The notes beneath the pieces are model-generated. The model saw only the letters and a list, made by a program, of their open reading frames with translations. It was not told the origin of the DNA and did no database searches. The position numbers were made by a program, and so were the translations under genes. A DNA stretch of 64,000 nt from Ramlibacter sp. (GTDB lineage: Bacteria; Pseudomonadota; Gammaproteobacteria; Burkholderiales; Burkholderiaceae_C), in assembly GCA_035571795.1 (NCBI GenBank), contig DATNBX010000113.1:23055-87054 (forward strand), read 5' to 3'. Shown one piece after another: positions 1-10,063 of this stretch. Each line of letters begins with the position of its first letter. Within the stretch, counting starts at the first letter, position 1.

Positions 1-136
1 CCGGCAGGGCACTTTCAGGGACTGGTTCTTCAACATCCCACGATCTGCCCAGACTGCGCTCACGGGGTTTTGTCTGGTCGGTATCTTCCTGGTATCCGGA
101 GGTGAGCCACGTGGCTTCATCTATTTCCAGTTCTGA
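1..136 (+). CDS. MBOAT family O-acyltransferase (AlgI/DltB-like), C-terminal fragment only
   Basis: Not in the ORF track. Frame from nt 2 reads RQGTFRDWFFNIPRSAQTALTGFCLVGIFLVSGGEPRGFIYFQF* (TGA 134-136). FIYFQF is the typical AlgI-type MBOAT C-terminus. Confidence 0.8.
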   Translation, partial: RQGTFRDWFFNIPRSAQTALTGFCLVGIFLVSGGEPRGFIYFQF

Positions 137-1211
137 GCGACCATCTCCCAAACTCGGATGGAAGTCGATTCTCGGCGGAGCTATATCGGTGCTCCTCGCT
201 TACGTCGTTGTCAGCGAAACCGCTTTGGCGCGAAGAGGGTTTGACACCACGGTGCAGGACACCGAGGCGCGCTGGCTGCAGGAGCGCGAGCGCGCATCGG
301 CGTTAGGCCCGCGCGCCCTGATCCTGGTCGGCGCCTCACGCATGCAACTGGACGTCGATTTGAACTTGCTGCGCCGAAAAACTGGACTGGAACCAGTCCA
401 GTTGGCCATAGATGGCAGCTCCTATGTTCCGATATTGCTGGGATTGGCGCGTGATCCGTCCATTCGAGGGACGGTTATCCTGGATCTGATGCCCGGCCCG
501 GTTTCATTCGAGACCGCTGGGGTGGGCCGAAGCGAACATTACGAGGCTCAGTACGAAGCCCTCACGGGCCAGGCAATGCATTGGCCAAGCTACCTCCTTT
601 CCGACGCGTGGATGGCTGATGCCGTACGAAGCCATTTGATCAGCTACGCGGATGGCGGGCGTCCGTGGGACGCTCTGGTCAACCGATTGACAAATGCACA
701 GGCGACACCGCAGTACCTGTCGACTTTCGCTGATCGCTCTCGACAGGCTGACTACCAGCGCGTGAAAATGCCGGACTTCTATCTCAGCCGGGTTCTCAGG
801 CACCTTGGCAATCCGGTGGAAATCGGTTCCGATCAGCCGGCTGACCAGGTCGCGCAGCAACTCGCAGCTTACGTCCGGCAACTCGAACCGACGGCCGCGA
901 ATGCCCAGGCAGAAAAGGGAATATTCGATCTGGAGCGTGCTGTTTCGGCCATTCAATCACGCGGCGGGAGGGTATTCATTGTTGCCATGCCCACTAGTGG
1001 CCTCATTCAGGAGGCGGATTCCCGGCGGTTTCCGCGCCCGCTTTACTGGGATCGGGTGGTCGCGACGACATCGGCGACCACCATCCACTGGCAGGATCAC
1101 GCGGCATTGTCGGGCTTCGTCTGCCCCGATGGCTCCCATCTGGACAAGCGGGATGTCGCTGCTTTTACCAATGCGCTTGTCATCGCAGCCGGGCTGGATC
1201 GATCACGATGA
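102..1211 (+). CDS. Membrane-anchored SGNH-like protein (AlgJ/DltD-like partner of the MBOAT)
   Basis: N-terminal TM helix, LVGASR (G-x-S) near the N-terminus and C-terminal DGSHLD (DxxH). Overlaps the MBOAT 3' end, as is usual for these pairs. Confidence 0.65.
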   Translation: MSHVASSISSSERPSPKLGWKSILGGAISVLLAYVVVSETALARRGFDTTVQDTEARWLQERERASALGPRALILVGASRMQLDVDLNLLRRKTGLEPVQLAIDGSSYVPILLGLARDPSIRGTVILDLMPGPVSFETAGVGRSEHYEAQYEALTGQAMHWPSYLLSDAWMADAVRSHLISYADGGRPWDALVNRLTNAQATPQYLSTFADRSRQADYQRVKMPDFYLSRVLRHLGNPVEIGSDQPADQVAQQLAAYVRQLEPTAANAQAEKGIFDLERAVSAIQSRGGRVFIVAMPTSGLIQEADSRRFPRPLYWDRVVATTSATTIHWQDHAALSGFVCPDGSHLDKRDVAAFTNALVIAAGLDRSR

Positions 1212-2368
1212 GCGGCAATTCCCGGCCGTCTTCAAGTGAGCCGACACGGGTCAAGGCGCTCCGCGTGCTGATGACCAGCACGTCATACCCCGAAAACGCC
1301 CAGGATTGGCGCGGCCGTTTCATTGCGAACCTCGTCGCCGCTTTGGCGCGGCGCAGTGACATCTGTCTCTCACTGTGGGCGCCGCCCGGCGACTTGCCCG
1401 CCGGCGCGACGGCGGCGTCCACGCCGTCCGACGCGCTCTGGCTGGGACGCCTGTCGCAGCAAGGCGGCATCGCTCACCTCCTGCGAACTCGCCAGGTGCT
1501 GGCGGCGGGGACCGTCCTGGCATTGATGTTGCGGTTGGCACGCGCCTATCGGAGGCAGCCTGCCGAAGTGGCTCACGTCAACTGGCTGCAAAACGCGTTG
1601 CCGCTGTGGGGAAGCACCACGCCCGCCTTGATCACTGTGCTGGGAACGGACTTCGGCTTGCTGCGCCTTCCTGGCATGAAGATGCTGTTGCGATCATTGC
1701 TGCGGCAACGCCCTGCCATCCTGGCTCCGAATGCCGATTGGATGCGACCTGCGTTGGAGCAGGCTTTTGGCGACCTGGCCGAAATCCGGCCAATCGCCTT
1801 TGGCGTTGACGATCCCTGGTTCGACGTCGTGCGCCGCCCATCGGCGGAATCCACGCGTCACTGGCTGGCCATCACGCGCCTGACCAGGAACAAGATCGGC
1901 GATCTGTTTGGCTGGGGTGATGGATTGTTCAGCCAGGAGCGGCAACTGCACCTGTTTGGCCCAATGCAAGAAGAGCTTGAACTTCCTGCCTGGGCGCACT
2001 ACCACGGGCCGACGCACCCCGCCGATCTCCTGCAGCGCTGGTTTCCGACGGCCTGCGGCCTGATCACGCTGAGCCGCCACGATGAGGGTCGCCCGCAGGT
2101 GATGCTGGAAGCGATGGCCGCGGGCTTGCCGGTACTGGCCTCCGATCTGCCGGCCCATCGCGACATCGTGCAACATCGCCTGACCGGATGGCTCGCGGGT
2201 AGCCCCCATGAACTAGCCCAGGGGCTGGACTGGCTGGATGATCCCGCGAACAATCACCATGCTGGACAAACTGCCCGTCAATGGGTCAAGGATTCGATTG
2301 GTACCTGGGACGATTGCGCCGGCCGCTATGCCGCCGCCTACCAAAGTCTGCTGGAGCGCCGATCGTGA
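1208..2368 (+). CDS. Glycosyltransferase family 4
   Basis: EGRPQVMLEAMAAGLPVLASD (E-x7-E) motif; ATGA overlap with the upstream gene. Confidence 0.9.
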   Translation: MSGNSRPSSSEPTRVKALRVLMTSTSYPENAQDWRGRFIANLVAALARRSDICLSLWAPPGDLPAGATAASTPSDALWLGRLSQQGGIAHLLRTRQVLAAGTVLALMLRLARAYRRQPAEVAHVNWLQNALPLWGSTTPALITVLGTDFGLLRLPGMKMLLRSLLRQRPAILAPNADWMRPALEQAFGDLAEIRPIAFGVDDPWFDVVRRPSAESTRHWLAITRLTRNKIGDLFGWGDGLFSQERQLHLFGPMQEELELPAWAHYHGPTHPADLLQRWFPTACGLITLSRHDEGRPQVMLEAMAAGLPVLASDLPAHRDIVQHRLTGWLAGSPHELAQGLDWLDDPANNHHAGQTARQWVKDSIGTWDDCAGRYAAAYQSLLERRS

Positions 2369-3225
2369 CTGGCGATAGCGTGCTACTGCTTGGCGGAACC
2401 GGCTTCATCGGCACCGCATTGGCCGGGCGCCTCAATCTGGAAAAGAAGAGCTTCCATAGTCTGGGCAGCCGTGACGTGGAACGGCTTGAACATGTGTTGC
2501 CGCAGTGCAGCACCGTGCTCCACCTGGCCTCCGCGACCACACCCGGATCGTCCGCCAGCCAACCCGAGATGGAACTGGGCAACCTCGCCTTGACCTTGCG
2601 TCTGTTGGATCTGCTGAAACGCCAGCCCCAGACGCATCTGATTTTCTTTTCCTCCGGCGGCACCGTTTACGGCAATGCGGAGCGCATGCCGATCACGGAA
2701 GACTTCCCGATCGCGCCACTTTCCAATCACGGGGCCGGCAAGGCATCGCAAGAGGCGTTTTGCCGAGCCGCCCGGGCTCAAGGCAGCGCCGTCACCATCC
2801 TTCGCCCTTCAAATGTCTACGGTCCGGGCCAGACGATGCGCCAAGGCTTTGGCCTGATTCGCACGATGCTCGAGCGCGTTCGCGCAGGCACTCTTCTGGA
2901 AGTTTGGGGGGATGGTGAAAACATTCGGGATTTCATCTACATCGACGACATCGTCGAGGCGAGCATGCGCCTGATCAATCTGCCGCAAGACTCAGGCAGC
3001 TACAACATCGGGAGCGCTGTTGGTTTCAGCATCAACCAGGTCAAAGGTATCGTCGAGGCATCGTGCGGAAAGAAGCTGCAGACGATTTACCGGCCAGGAA
3101 GAGGGATCGACGTTCGTAGCGTGGTGCTGGACAACTCTCGCCTGAAGGCTCGCCTGGGCTGGCAACCCAGTGTCGGGCTCGCGGACGGCGTAGCGCGCAC
3201 CTGGGAATGGCTGCAGCAGCCATGA
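2365..3225 (+). CDS. NAD-dependent epimerase/dehydratase (extended SDR)
   Basis: GGTGFIG, SSGGTVYG, NVYGPGQ and RDFIYIDD motifs. GTG start at 2365 chosen from the GTGA overlap. Confidence 0.88.
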   Translation: MTGDSVLLLGGTGFIGTALAGRLNLEKKSFHSLGSRDVERLEHVLPQCSTVLHLASATTPGSSASQPEMELGNLALTLRLLDLLKRQPQTHLIFFSSGGTVYGNAERMPITEDFPIAPLSNHGAGKASQEAFCRAARAQGSAVTILRPSNVYGPGQTMRQGFGLIRTMLERVRAGTLLEVWGDGENIRDFIYIDDIVEASMRLINLPQDSGSYNIGSAVGFSINQVKGIVEASCGKKLQTIYRPGRGIDVRSVVLDNSRLKARLGWQPSVGLADGVARTWEWLQQP

Positions 3226-4238
3226 CCGATGCCACCCTCATTTCCGTGTGCATCGCCAACTACAACGGCATGGAGGTAATCGACGACTGCCTGCGCTCCG
3301 TATTGGAGCAGCAATGCCGTGCGGCGGTGGAAATCCTGGTTCATGACGACGCCTCCGTCGATGCTTCCCTGGTCCATATTCGCGACTGTTATCCCACCGT
3401 GAAGCTGATGGAAAGCCCGAAAAACGTTGGATTCTGTGTTGCCAACAACCGCATGGCAGCTGCAGCGACCGGCAAATACCTGCTGCTGCTCAACAATGAC
3501 GCGGCGCTTTATCCAGCCGCGTTGCAGACCCTGCTTGCGGAAGCGGCTCGGCTCGACCGGCCGGCCATCCTCAGCGTGCCCCAATACGATGCCGAGAGTG
3601 GCGAACTGCTCGACATGGGTTGCCTGCTCGACCCTTTCCTCAATCCGGTTCCAAATCAGGACGGCGGGCGCGGCGATGTCGCGATGGTGATGGGTGCCTG
3701 CCTATGGATGCCCAAGGCCTTATGGCAGGAATTGGGCGGATTTCCAGAGTGGTTCGGCAGTATCGGGGAAGACTTGTATCTCTGTTGCCGGGCGCGACTG
3801 GCAGGCTACCTGGTGAGGGTGGTCACCAGCTCGGGCTACCTTCACCACGTGGGCCGCAGCTTCGGGGGTGGCAAAGCGCGCCATGGTCGGCTATCCACCA
3901 CGCGCCGCCGCCGCGCGCTGTCAGAACGGAACAAGACCTTCGTCATGATCATTTGCCAGCCATTCTCCTTGCTGGCTGCGCTGCTGCCGCTGCACCTTGT
4001 TCTTATTCATGTGGAAGGATTTCTGCTCTTGGCTATCAAGCGGGATGGCGCTCTATGGCGCGAGGTCTACGCCCCGCTGTTGTCGCGGCTTTGGGCCCAT
4101 CGCGACAAGCTACGGACGGAACGACGCCTTGCGCAATCAGTGCGCAAAATCTCGTTGGGAGCTTGGATACAGCCCTTCCGTTGGTGGCCGTGGAAACTGC
4201 AAATGCTTTTCCGACACGGGCTGCCGAAGGTGGAATAG
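3222..4238 (+). CDS. Glycosyltransferase family 2
   Basis: ISVCIANYNG, HDDAS, NVGFCVANN, LLLNND and EDLYLC motifs. ATGA overlap at 3222. Confidence 0.9.
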   Translation: MTDATLISVCIANYNGMEVIDDCLRSVLEQQCRAAVEILVHDDASVDASLVHIRDCYPTVKLMESPKNVGFCVANNRMAAAATGKYLLLLNNDAALYPAALQTLLAEAARLDRPAILSVPQYDAESGELLDMGCLLDPFLNPVPNQDGGRGDVAMVMGACLWMPKALWQELGGFPEWFGSIGEDLYLCCRARLAGYLVRVVTSSGYLHHVGRSFGGGKARHGRLSTTRRRRALSERNKTFVMIICQPFSLLAALLPLHLVLIHVEGFLLLAIKRDGALWREVYAPLLSRLWAHRDKLRTERRLAQSVRKISLGAWIQPFRWWPWKLQMLFRHGLPKVE

Positions 4239-4259
4239 CGGCGCCTTGCTTTCAGATCT

Positions 4260-5624
4260 TTAGTTTGCAGGCGGTATGACGCCTTCGCATACAGCATGCG
4301 TCGCCTCGAGATAGGCACGGCCAAATGCCTGGTCAGGCTCCAGATGATTGCCTTCGGCCCATTCGTTCCAGGCATTGATGAAGATGATCCGTTCATCGCC
4401 TGTTCGTTCCCGCACTGTCCACTCCATCAAGAAATCGAGCCATTGCTGATAAATCCTGGGGCTTGAATCAAGGAATATGTGTGCTGCATCTTGACGGCGT
4501 GCAGTGTTGTCCCACGAGGGCATCACTCCGCGAAACCAGGGAAAAGCGGGCGTATTGACGCTCATGAAATTCTTCGCCGTTTCCCAATAGTCGTAAAAAA
4601 TACCGTTGAACCCGGGACTCGAATGGGCAGGCGGCGCGATCGGGACTCCGCCGCCCAAGGGCGGAAACTCGAATCCGGCATCGAAGCCCAGACTGCGTGG
4701 ATCTGGCTCCGATGACCCGTTGGTGAGGTTCCGAACACAGGCCAGATAGATCTCGCCGATGCCTGCCTGTCGGCATATAGTGCGCCATAACTCAGTAGTA
4801 CGCGCAGAGTCGGGCAGAAGAGAAGCCTTGTATATCAGGATGAGCGGTTTCCCGTCGATTCGAATGTAGCGCCTGTCAGCCATAGCAGGGAAAAGGCTGC
4901 GGATGAACAGATCATCGTTGTCAGCCGAATATTGCTGGGCCATAAGGACCTGGTTCTCGCGCCCGTCCCAGGTTCGCGTCCAATTCTCGTTGGCCCAACA
5001 GACGCAAAATGGTAGTGATGGTTGCCCAGACTCGATGACTTCGTCGAGCGGCCGATTGAGCAATCGCCGGCCATTGAACCAGTAGTAGTAGTAGCAAAAG
5101 CCATGAATTCCATATTCGGCGGCCAGCTCCGCCTGGTATCGGCGCACCTCGGGAAGACGAAGATCGTAAAAACCAAGTTCGCCTGGCAAGTGGGGTTGGT
5201 AGTGCCCGGCGAAATTAGCTTTTGCCTTAGCCACATTGGTCCACTCGGTAAAACCCTTTCCCCACCAAGCGTCATTTTCCGGAATGGGATGATACTGCGG
5301 TAAATAAAAGGCGATCAGCCTAACCGACTTTCTTTCAAGCTTGGTCGCGAACGGCCGTAAGCCCTCCAAGGCGGAACGAGCGCCATCGGATTGGCCGTTT
5401 TTCGATCGCGGGGCCCCACCCAGGAAACGCTTTGCCTTTCGCCACACTGCGCGCGAACCCTCCTCGCGGAGCACCTTGGAGACACTCTGAAAAAGAGCTA
5501 CCCACCCGCCCGCGACTGCCGCATGAGCGGGCACGCGCCGAAGCATGGCGATAAGCCTGTTGAGTGCCCCTGCATTCATGCGCTTAGATCTTGTCGCATA
5601 CAGTTCATAAGGTTCAATCGGCAT
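4260..5624 (-). CDS. WbsX-like / glycoside hydrolase family 99-like domain protein
   Basis: IAFYLPQYH, WWGKGFTEWTNV, CWANENW, SWDNTARR and NAWNEWAEG motifs. Confidence 0.85.
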   Translation of the reverse strand: MPIEPYELYATRSKRMNAGALNRLIAMLRRVPAHAAVAGGWVALFQSVSKVLREEGSRAVWRKAKRFLGGAPRSKNGQSDGARSALEGLRPFATKLERKSVRLIAFYLPQYHPIPENDAWWGKGFTEWTNVAKAKANFAGHYQPHLPGELGFYDLRLPEVRRYQAELAAEYGIHGFCYYYYWFNGRRLLNRPLDEVIESGQPSLPFCVCWANENWTRTWDGRENQVLMAQQYSADNDDLFIRSLFPAMADRRYIRIDGKPLILIYKASLLPDSARTTELWRTICRQAGIGEIYLACVRNLTNGSSEPDPRSLGFDAGFEFPPLGGGVPIAPPAHSSPGFNGIFYDYWETAKNFMSVNTPAFPWFRGVMPSWDNTARRQDAAHIFLDSSPRIYQQWLDFLMEWTVRERTGDERIIFINAWNEWAEGNHLEPDQAFGRAYLEATHAVCEGVIPPAN

Positions 5625-8600
5625 TCAAGCTGCTCTGGAGCTTGCTGAGGTATTGGGACGCCTTGAACTGGACTTCTTCCGATATCGGGACGTTGCTTGC
5701 GACCAACTGCTGAACTTTCGCAATCTCCCGCAGTAGATCTTGCTCGGCACCTGCACCGACAACACCGCCTTTGTGCCGCCGATGGTAATTGGCAGCGCGC
5801 GGTGAGAACGCAATCTTGCCGTGAAACAGGGTCCGAAAGTACGCCACCCAATCGCCTGCTTTCTTGAACGACGCGATTTCTTCAAAGTGGTCGACAAAAA
5901 CCTTGCGGATGACATCCCGCCTGAAAAGAACGGCACTAACGTTCGGAATCGTGTTCATTATGGCCAAAGAGGAGCAGTTTTCCCTGATGCCATCCCCTAT
6001 GTAGGGCTCCTTCCTCAAATCTGGGGCGACCAAACTCAAATAGGCATCGTAGTTATCCGCCAGCTTCCTTCCGTTTGAATCAACCTGCTTGGATTCGCAG
6101 TAGCTCAGAACCACATCCTTTGATGCCATGGGCCGCAACACGGTTTGAAGGAAATCCGGATCGGACAAGTCATCCGCTTCCGCAATCCACACATAGTCAC
6201 CTGATGCCAGTGAAATGCCGTGGTGCCATTGAGCGAACACGTTGCCTGAGTTGGTGCGGCTGGCAATCACTTGCGCATCGGTATGAGTCGACGACAGCCA
6301 ATGGGAAATCTTTTGCAGGCTTTTGTCTGTCGAAGCGTCATCCAGGATGATGAGCTCGAAGATGGGAATGGACTGGCTGCGAATACTGAAGAGGCGCGCT
6401 TCGATGTATCGAGCGTAATTGTAGTTGGGCACAATCACGGAAACCCTCGGCAATGCAATGCCCAGCATGGCGCACAGGTCAAACAGGTAAGGGCGAAATG
6501 CGAAATGCTCCGCTAAGTGTTTTCGTGCGGCGTCACCCATGCGAGAAGACAATCCTGGAGTATCAAGCAGCCGACAAATGGCGCATGAGAGTTCGTCGGT
6601 GTCTTGTGACGGCACCACGATTCCACCCACTTTTCCCACGAGGTCCGCGGCACCTCCTGTCGAGGCGAATGCCACAACGGGAACGCCGGCGTCGAAAGAT
6701 TCAAGCACTACATTGGGGAAGGGGTCTTCACGCGAAGTCAGTGCATAAACATCCGAGCCGGCATGGTAAAGGGCGGTGTCAGGGTCATATCCAACAAAGT
6801 GGAACCGATTCTTGTGAACGCTGGAACCGAGTCTGGAATCAACTTCCTTTCTCATCCCCAGGTCCCAATGGCCGACCCATATGAAGCTGACATCAGATCG
6901 CCTGGTCAAAATCTTGAGTGCACACTCAACGAAAAGGTCAATCCCTTTTCTATGATCAGCATAACCAACTGCGAGCACCACCTTTGAATCAAGGGCCAAA
7001 CCTAATTGCTTTCGCAATCTGGCTCTCGCAACGTCCTTCTCCAAACGCCACTTGTTCCTCCGGTACAGGCCCTGGGGACGGATGATCAACTTGGCAGGAT
7101 CGACAGGGCAAAATTCCGCGAACCCATCTGCAACAACTTGCGCCGGGAATACGATTGCTTTGGCAGACGAAGCAATTTTTCCTGCCTGACTTTCCAGGTT
7201 ATTGCTCCGAATAACGCCGGGCAGTTCATGTATGAGGCTGATACTCTCAATCCCGGCATCACGGAATATCGGGACAATCCATCCGGAAACGGTCGTATTG
7301 GCTATCGCGCGTGTAAAACCCCGTTCAACGAGTGACCGAACCCGATCGACCACCGCAGCAGCACCAGGATCAAAGGAACTTAGGTCATGTACGGGTGCCA
7401 ATTTGGCGAACTCACTCGTTAGACGTCCGCTTCCGAGAAGTACAACCTCCACTTCCAGATGCATGTCCTGCTTGAGTGATCTAACCATCCCCAATGCCAG
7501 AAATTGAGCTCCATGCGGGTGCGCATCATGGGAGACAACAAGGATCCGTCTTGCCGATTCAGCAAGCAATGCCTTTCGCGTCGCATCAAGGTACGCGTAG
7601 CCGTAACGCTGATCCGGCTCCAAATAAGCGCCTTCAGCCCATTCGTTCCACGCATTCACGAAAACCAGCCGCTCATCCGGTTTTCTGATTCGTCGGCACG
7701 ATTCAGAAATCGCATTGGCAAGCCATTCCTGATAACTCGGGGGTGAGCTGCCCAAAAACACGGTACTTCTATTTTTTCTTCTGGCGGTGTTGTCCCAGGA
7801 AGGACAAACACTTCGGAATAGCATGTACCTTGGTTTTTGGTAGTTGTAGGATCGGTTCACAAAAAACCGCCAGTCGTAAACCGTACAACCGAAACCTGGA
7901 TCTAGCGGTCTAACTTTCTCTGTGATCTTGGGCGGGGAGGAGTTGTTCGGGGGAAACTCGATCGCAGCGTCAAACCCATAGTCTTGAGGATCAACCGATT
8001 CAAACGATTGCGTATAGGCCAGATAAATCTCGCCAATACCGTTTTGCCGGCACCAGTTGCGCCAGCGTTTGGCGGTTTCCCTGGCAGAGGGCAACAGGCT
8101 GGGCCGGTACACCAACAGCAACGGCTTGCCGTCGACGCGTATATAACGCTCGTCGCGCATGTATCGCGCGACATGCTGGATGAACGCCAGATCGTCGTCT
8201 GGTGAATGCTTCTGCGCAATAAGAATTTCGCTGTCCAGTCCGTCCCAGGTGCGACACCAGTTCTCATTGGCCCAGCAAAGGCAGAACGGCAGATCGAGAC
8301 CTCGGTCATTCAAGAAGCGATCGACCGGCTTTTCCAGCAGGCGCTTGCCCCCGAACCAGTAATAATAAAAACAGAAGCCGCTAATGCCGTAAAGCTTCGC
8401 CAGTTCAACCTGCCTGTGTTGAACAGCTGGATCGCACAAATCGTAGTAGCCCAACTCGCCTGGTACGTGGGGTTGATAATGGCCGTCGAACTGGGCTTGG
8501 GCGGGCTTGACATTTGTCCACTCTGTGAATCCAGCGCCCCACCAGTCATCATTTTCCGGAACAGGATGAAATTGAGGAAGGTAGAACGCGATGAGCCTTA

Positions 8601-8916
8601 CCGGAAGAAACCTGGGTAGTGGCGCCGCAGTTATCGGCACATACCTATCCGTATTGGGTACATAGGGCGAAAAATCGCAGAAACGGTGGGACGGGTCATA
8701 GATTTTTAGGGGAACCATGCCCGGCCTGAACCGCCAGGCTGCGCGCCAACCGAAAATCAAAGACCAGACGCCATGCACGTAACGCTTGGCTCTTTGTTTC
8801 TTTTTCGCAGAAATTGGCAGCTTACGCCAGAGATCGCGAGCAGTTCTCAACAAAAATAGCCGCAACATACTCAGCGTGTTCTTCAGCTCCAATAAACCGA
8901 GGGCTGGCATGCCCAT
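5614..8916 (-). CDS. Multidomain polysaccharide biosynthesis protein: WbsX/GH99-like + GT4 + GT2
   Basis: N-terminal IAFYLPQFH...NAWNEWAEG; central SREDPFPNVVLES (GT4); C-terminal VSVIVPNYNY...LDDASTD...IAEADD (GT2). Confidence 0.88.
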   Translation of the reverse strand: MGMPALGLLELKNTLSMLRLFLLRTARDLWRKLPISAKKKQRAKRYVHGVWSLIFGWRAAWRFRPGMVPLKIYDPSHRFCDFSPYVPNTDRYVPITAAPLPRFLPVRLIAFYLPQFHPVPENDDWWGAGFTEWTNVKPAQAQFDGHYQPHVPGELGYYDLCDPAVQHRQVELAKLYGISGFCFYYYWFGGKRLLEKPVDRFLNDRGLDLPFCLCWANENWCRTWDGLDSEILIAQKHSPDDDLAFIQHVARYMRDERYIRVDGKPLLLVYRPSLLPSARETAKRWRNWCRQNGIGEIYLAYTQSFESVDPQDYGFDAAIEFPPNNSSPPKITEKVRPLDPGFGCTVYDWRFFVNRSYNYQKPRYMLFRSVCPSWDNTARRKNRSTVFLGSSPPSYQEWLANAISESCRRIRKPDERLVFVNAWNEWAEGAYLEPDQRYGYAYLDATRKALLAESARRILVVSHDAHPHGAQFLALGMVRSLKQDMHLEVEVVLLGSGRLTSEFAKLAPVHDLSSFDPGAAAVVDRVRSLVERGFTRAIANTTVSGWIVPIFRDAGIESISLIHELPGVIRSNNLESQAGKIASSAKAIVFPAQVVADGFAEFCPVDPAKLIIRPQGLYRRNKWRLEKDVARARLRKQLGLALDSKVVLAVGYADHRKGIDLFVECALKILTRRSDVSFIWVGHWDLGMRKEVDSRLGSSVHKNRFHFVGYDPDTALYHAGSDVYALTSREDPFPNVVLESFDAGVPVVAFASTGGAADLVGKVGGIVVPSQDTDELSCAICRLLDTPGLSSRMGDAARKHLAEHFAFRPYLFDLCAMLGIALPRVSVIVPNYNYARYIEARLFSIRSQSIPIFELIILDDASTDKSLQKISHWLSSTHTDAQVIASRTNSGNVFAQWHHGISLASGDYVWIAEADDLSDPDFLQTVLRPMASKDVVLSYCESKQVDSNGRKLADNYDAYLSLVAPDLRKEPYIGDGIRENCSSLAIMNTIPNVSAVLFRRDVIRKVFVDHFEEIASFKKAGDWVAYFRTLFHGKIAFSPRAANYHRRHKGGVVGAGAEQDLLREIAKVQQLVASNVPISEEVQFKASQYLSKLQSSLNAD

Positions 8917-8923
8917 CTCCGTT

Positions 8924-10042
8924 CTACCTGTTCAGGCTTGCGCGGGCTAACCGTTCAAGGAAACGAATCGGCCGGGACAATCGCCACGAGCGCGAAGCAT
9001 AAATCTGACTGATTCTTGCGTCCCGATCGGAAATGATTTTGTCTCGCTCGGCGATTTGCCTGTCTGCTTCGACAAAGTAGACATCGAATTTAGCGGTCAG
9101 TGTGATGAAATCGGAATAAGAAAAAGAATAGAGATCCTTTATCTTCTCTCGCCGGTGCGGGTCATCTAGCAATTCGAACAACCACCTGAGACCCTGCTGC
9201 CAAGCGTTGCGCTGCTTGCATTCATGCAAACAAGCCATGGCCAACAAGAACTTGCTGTCAAAACCCTTCGGGTTTCTGAAACGCTCCAGGTTCGGAAAAA
9301 TCGCGACGATATCTTCAAAGCGCGACAGCGAAAGATAGTTCTCACGCAACACGGTCCATTCGTTGCTGGTCCTGATCAGCGCTTCAATTCTGTCGCCACT
9401 TGTGTTGGACTTGTCTGAGAAATGCCGATGCATAGTCAGCTTCTCTTGAATGACGTGGATGGAATATTTCTGCAGCACCCTGGTCCACATCTCGGCATCG
9501 CCGGCCTGAGCAAAGCCATAGCGGTACATGCCCACATCCAGGTAGCACTGCTTTCTGATCAGCAGGCTAGGGTGACTCAGATGGTTTTGCCCGGCAAAAA
9601 GCTGACTGAGCCACTGCCATCGGGTCTTGTTTTCCTGATCGAACCAGTCCTGTGGGGACTTGGCACCGTATTGGTCGATTATTTGGACCCACGTAAAAAC
9701 CGCTCCAATGTCCGGGCTGCCGTCTAACACGGCGACCTGTTTTTCCAGCTTGTCCAGTGCCCAGACATCATCCGAATGATGCATGGCAATGTAGTCACCT
9801 GTGGCCACCTCTGAGATGGCCTTGAGTACCCCGAAGATAGGCCTTCGATTCGCCTCGTTGCGAAATGCCTTGATACGCCGGTCCGGATACGCTTTGATGA
9901 TCTCCCATGACGCATCCGTGGATGCGTCGTCCCAGATGATCAACTCGAAATCGCCGAAGGTTTGACGGATAACGCTGTCGATCGCCTCCTGAATGTATTT
10001 TTCGTGATTAAACGACGTCAATATGACTGAGACTTTAGGCAT
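8924..10042 (-). CDS. Glycosyltransferase family 2 with C-terminal coiled-coil/amphipathic tail
   Basis: VSVILTSFNH, WDDASTD and HHSDD motifs. Tail: EADRQIAERDKIISDRDARISQIYASRSWRLSRPIR. Confidence 0.88.
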   Translation of the reverse strand: MPKVSVILTSFNHEKYIQEAIDSVIRQTFGDFELIIWDDASTDASWEIIKAYPDRRIKAFRNEANRRPIFGVLKAISEVATGDYIAMHHSDDVWALDKLEKQVAVLDGSPDIGAVFTWVQIIDQYGAKSPQDWFDQENKTRWQWLSQLFAGQNHLSHPSLLIRKQCYLDVGMYRYGFAQAGDAEMWTRVLQKYSIHVIQEKLTMHRHFSDKSNTSGDRIEALIRTSNEWTVLRENYLSLSRFEDIVAIFPNLERFRNPKGFDSKFLLAMACLHECKQRNAWQQGLRWLFELLDDPHRREKIKDLYSFSYSDFITLTAKFDVYFVEADRQIAERDKIISDRDARISQIYASRSWRLSRPIRFLERLARASLNR

Positions 10043-10063
10043 GTACGATTTCCTCGCGGCAGG

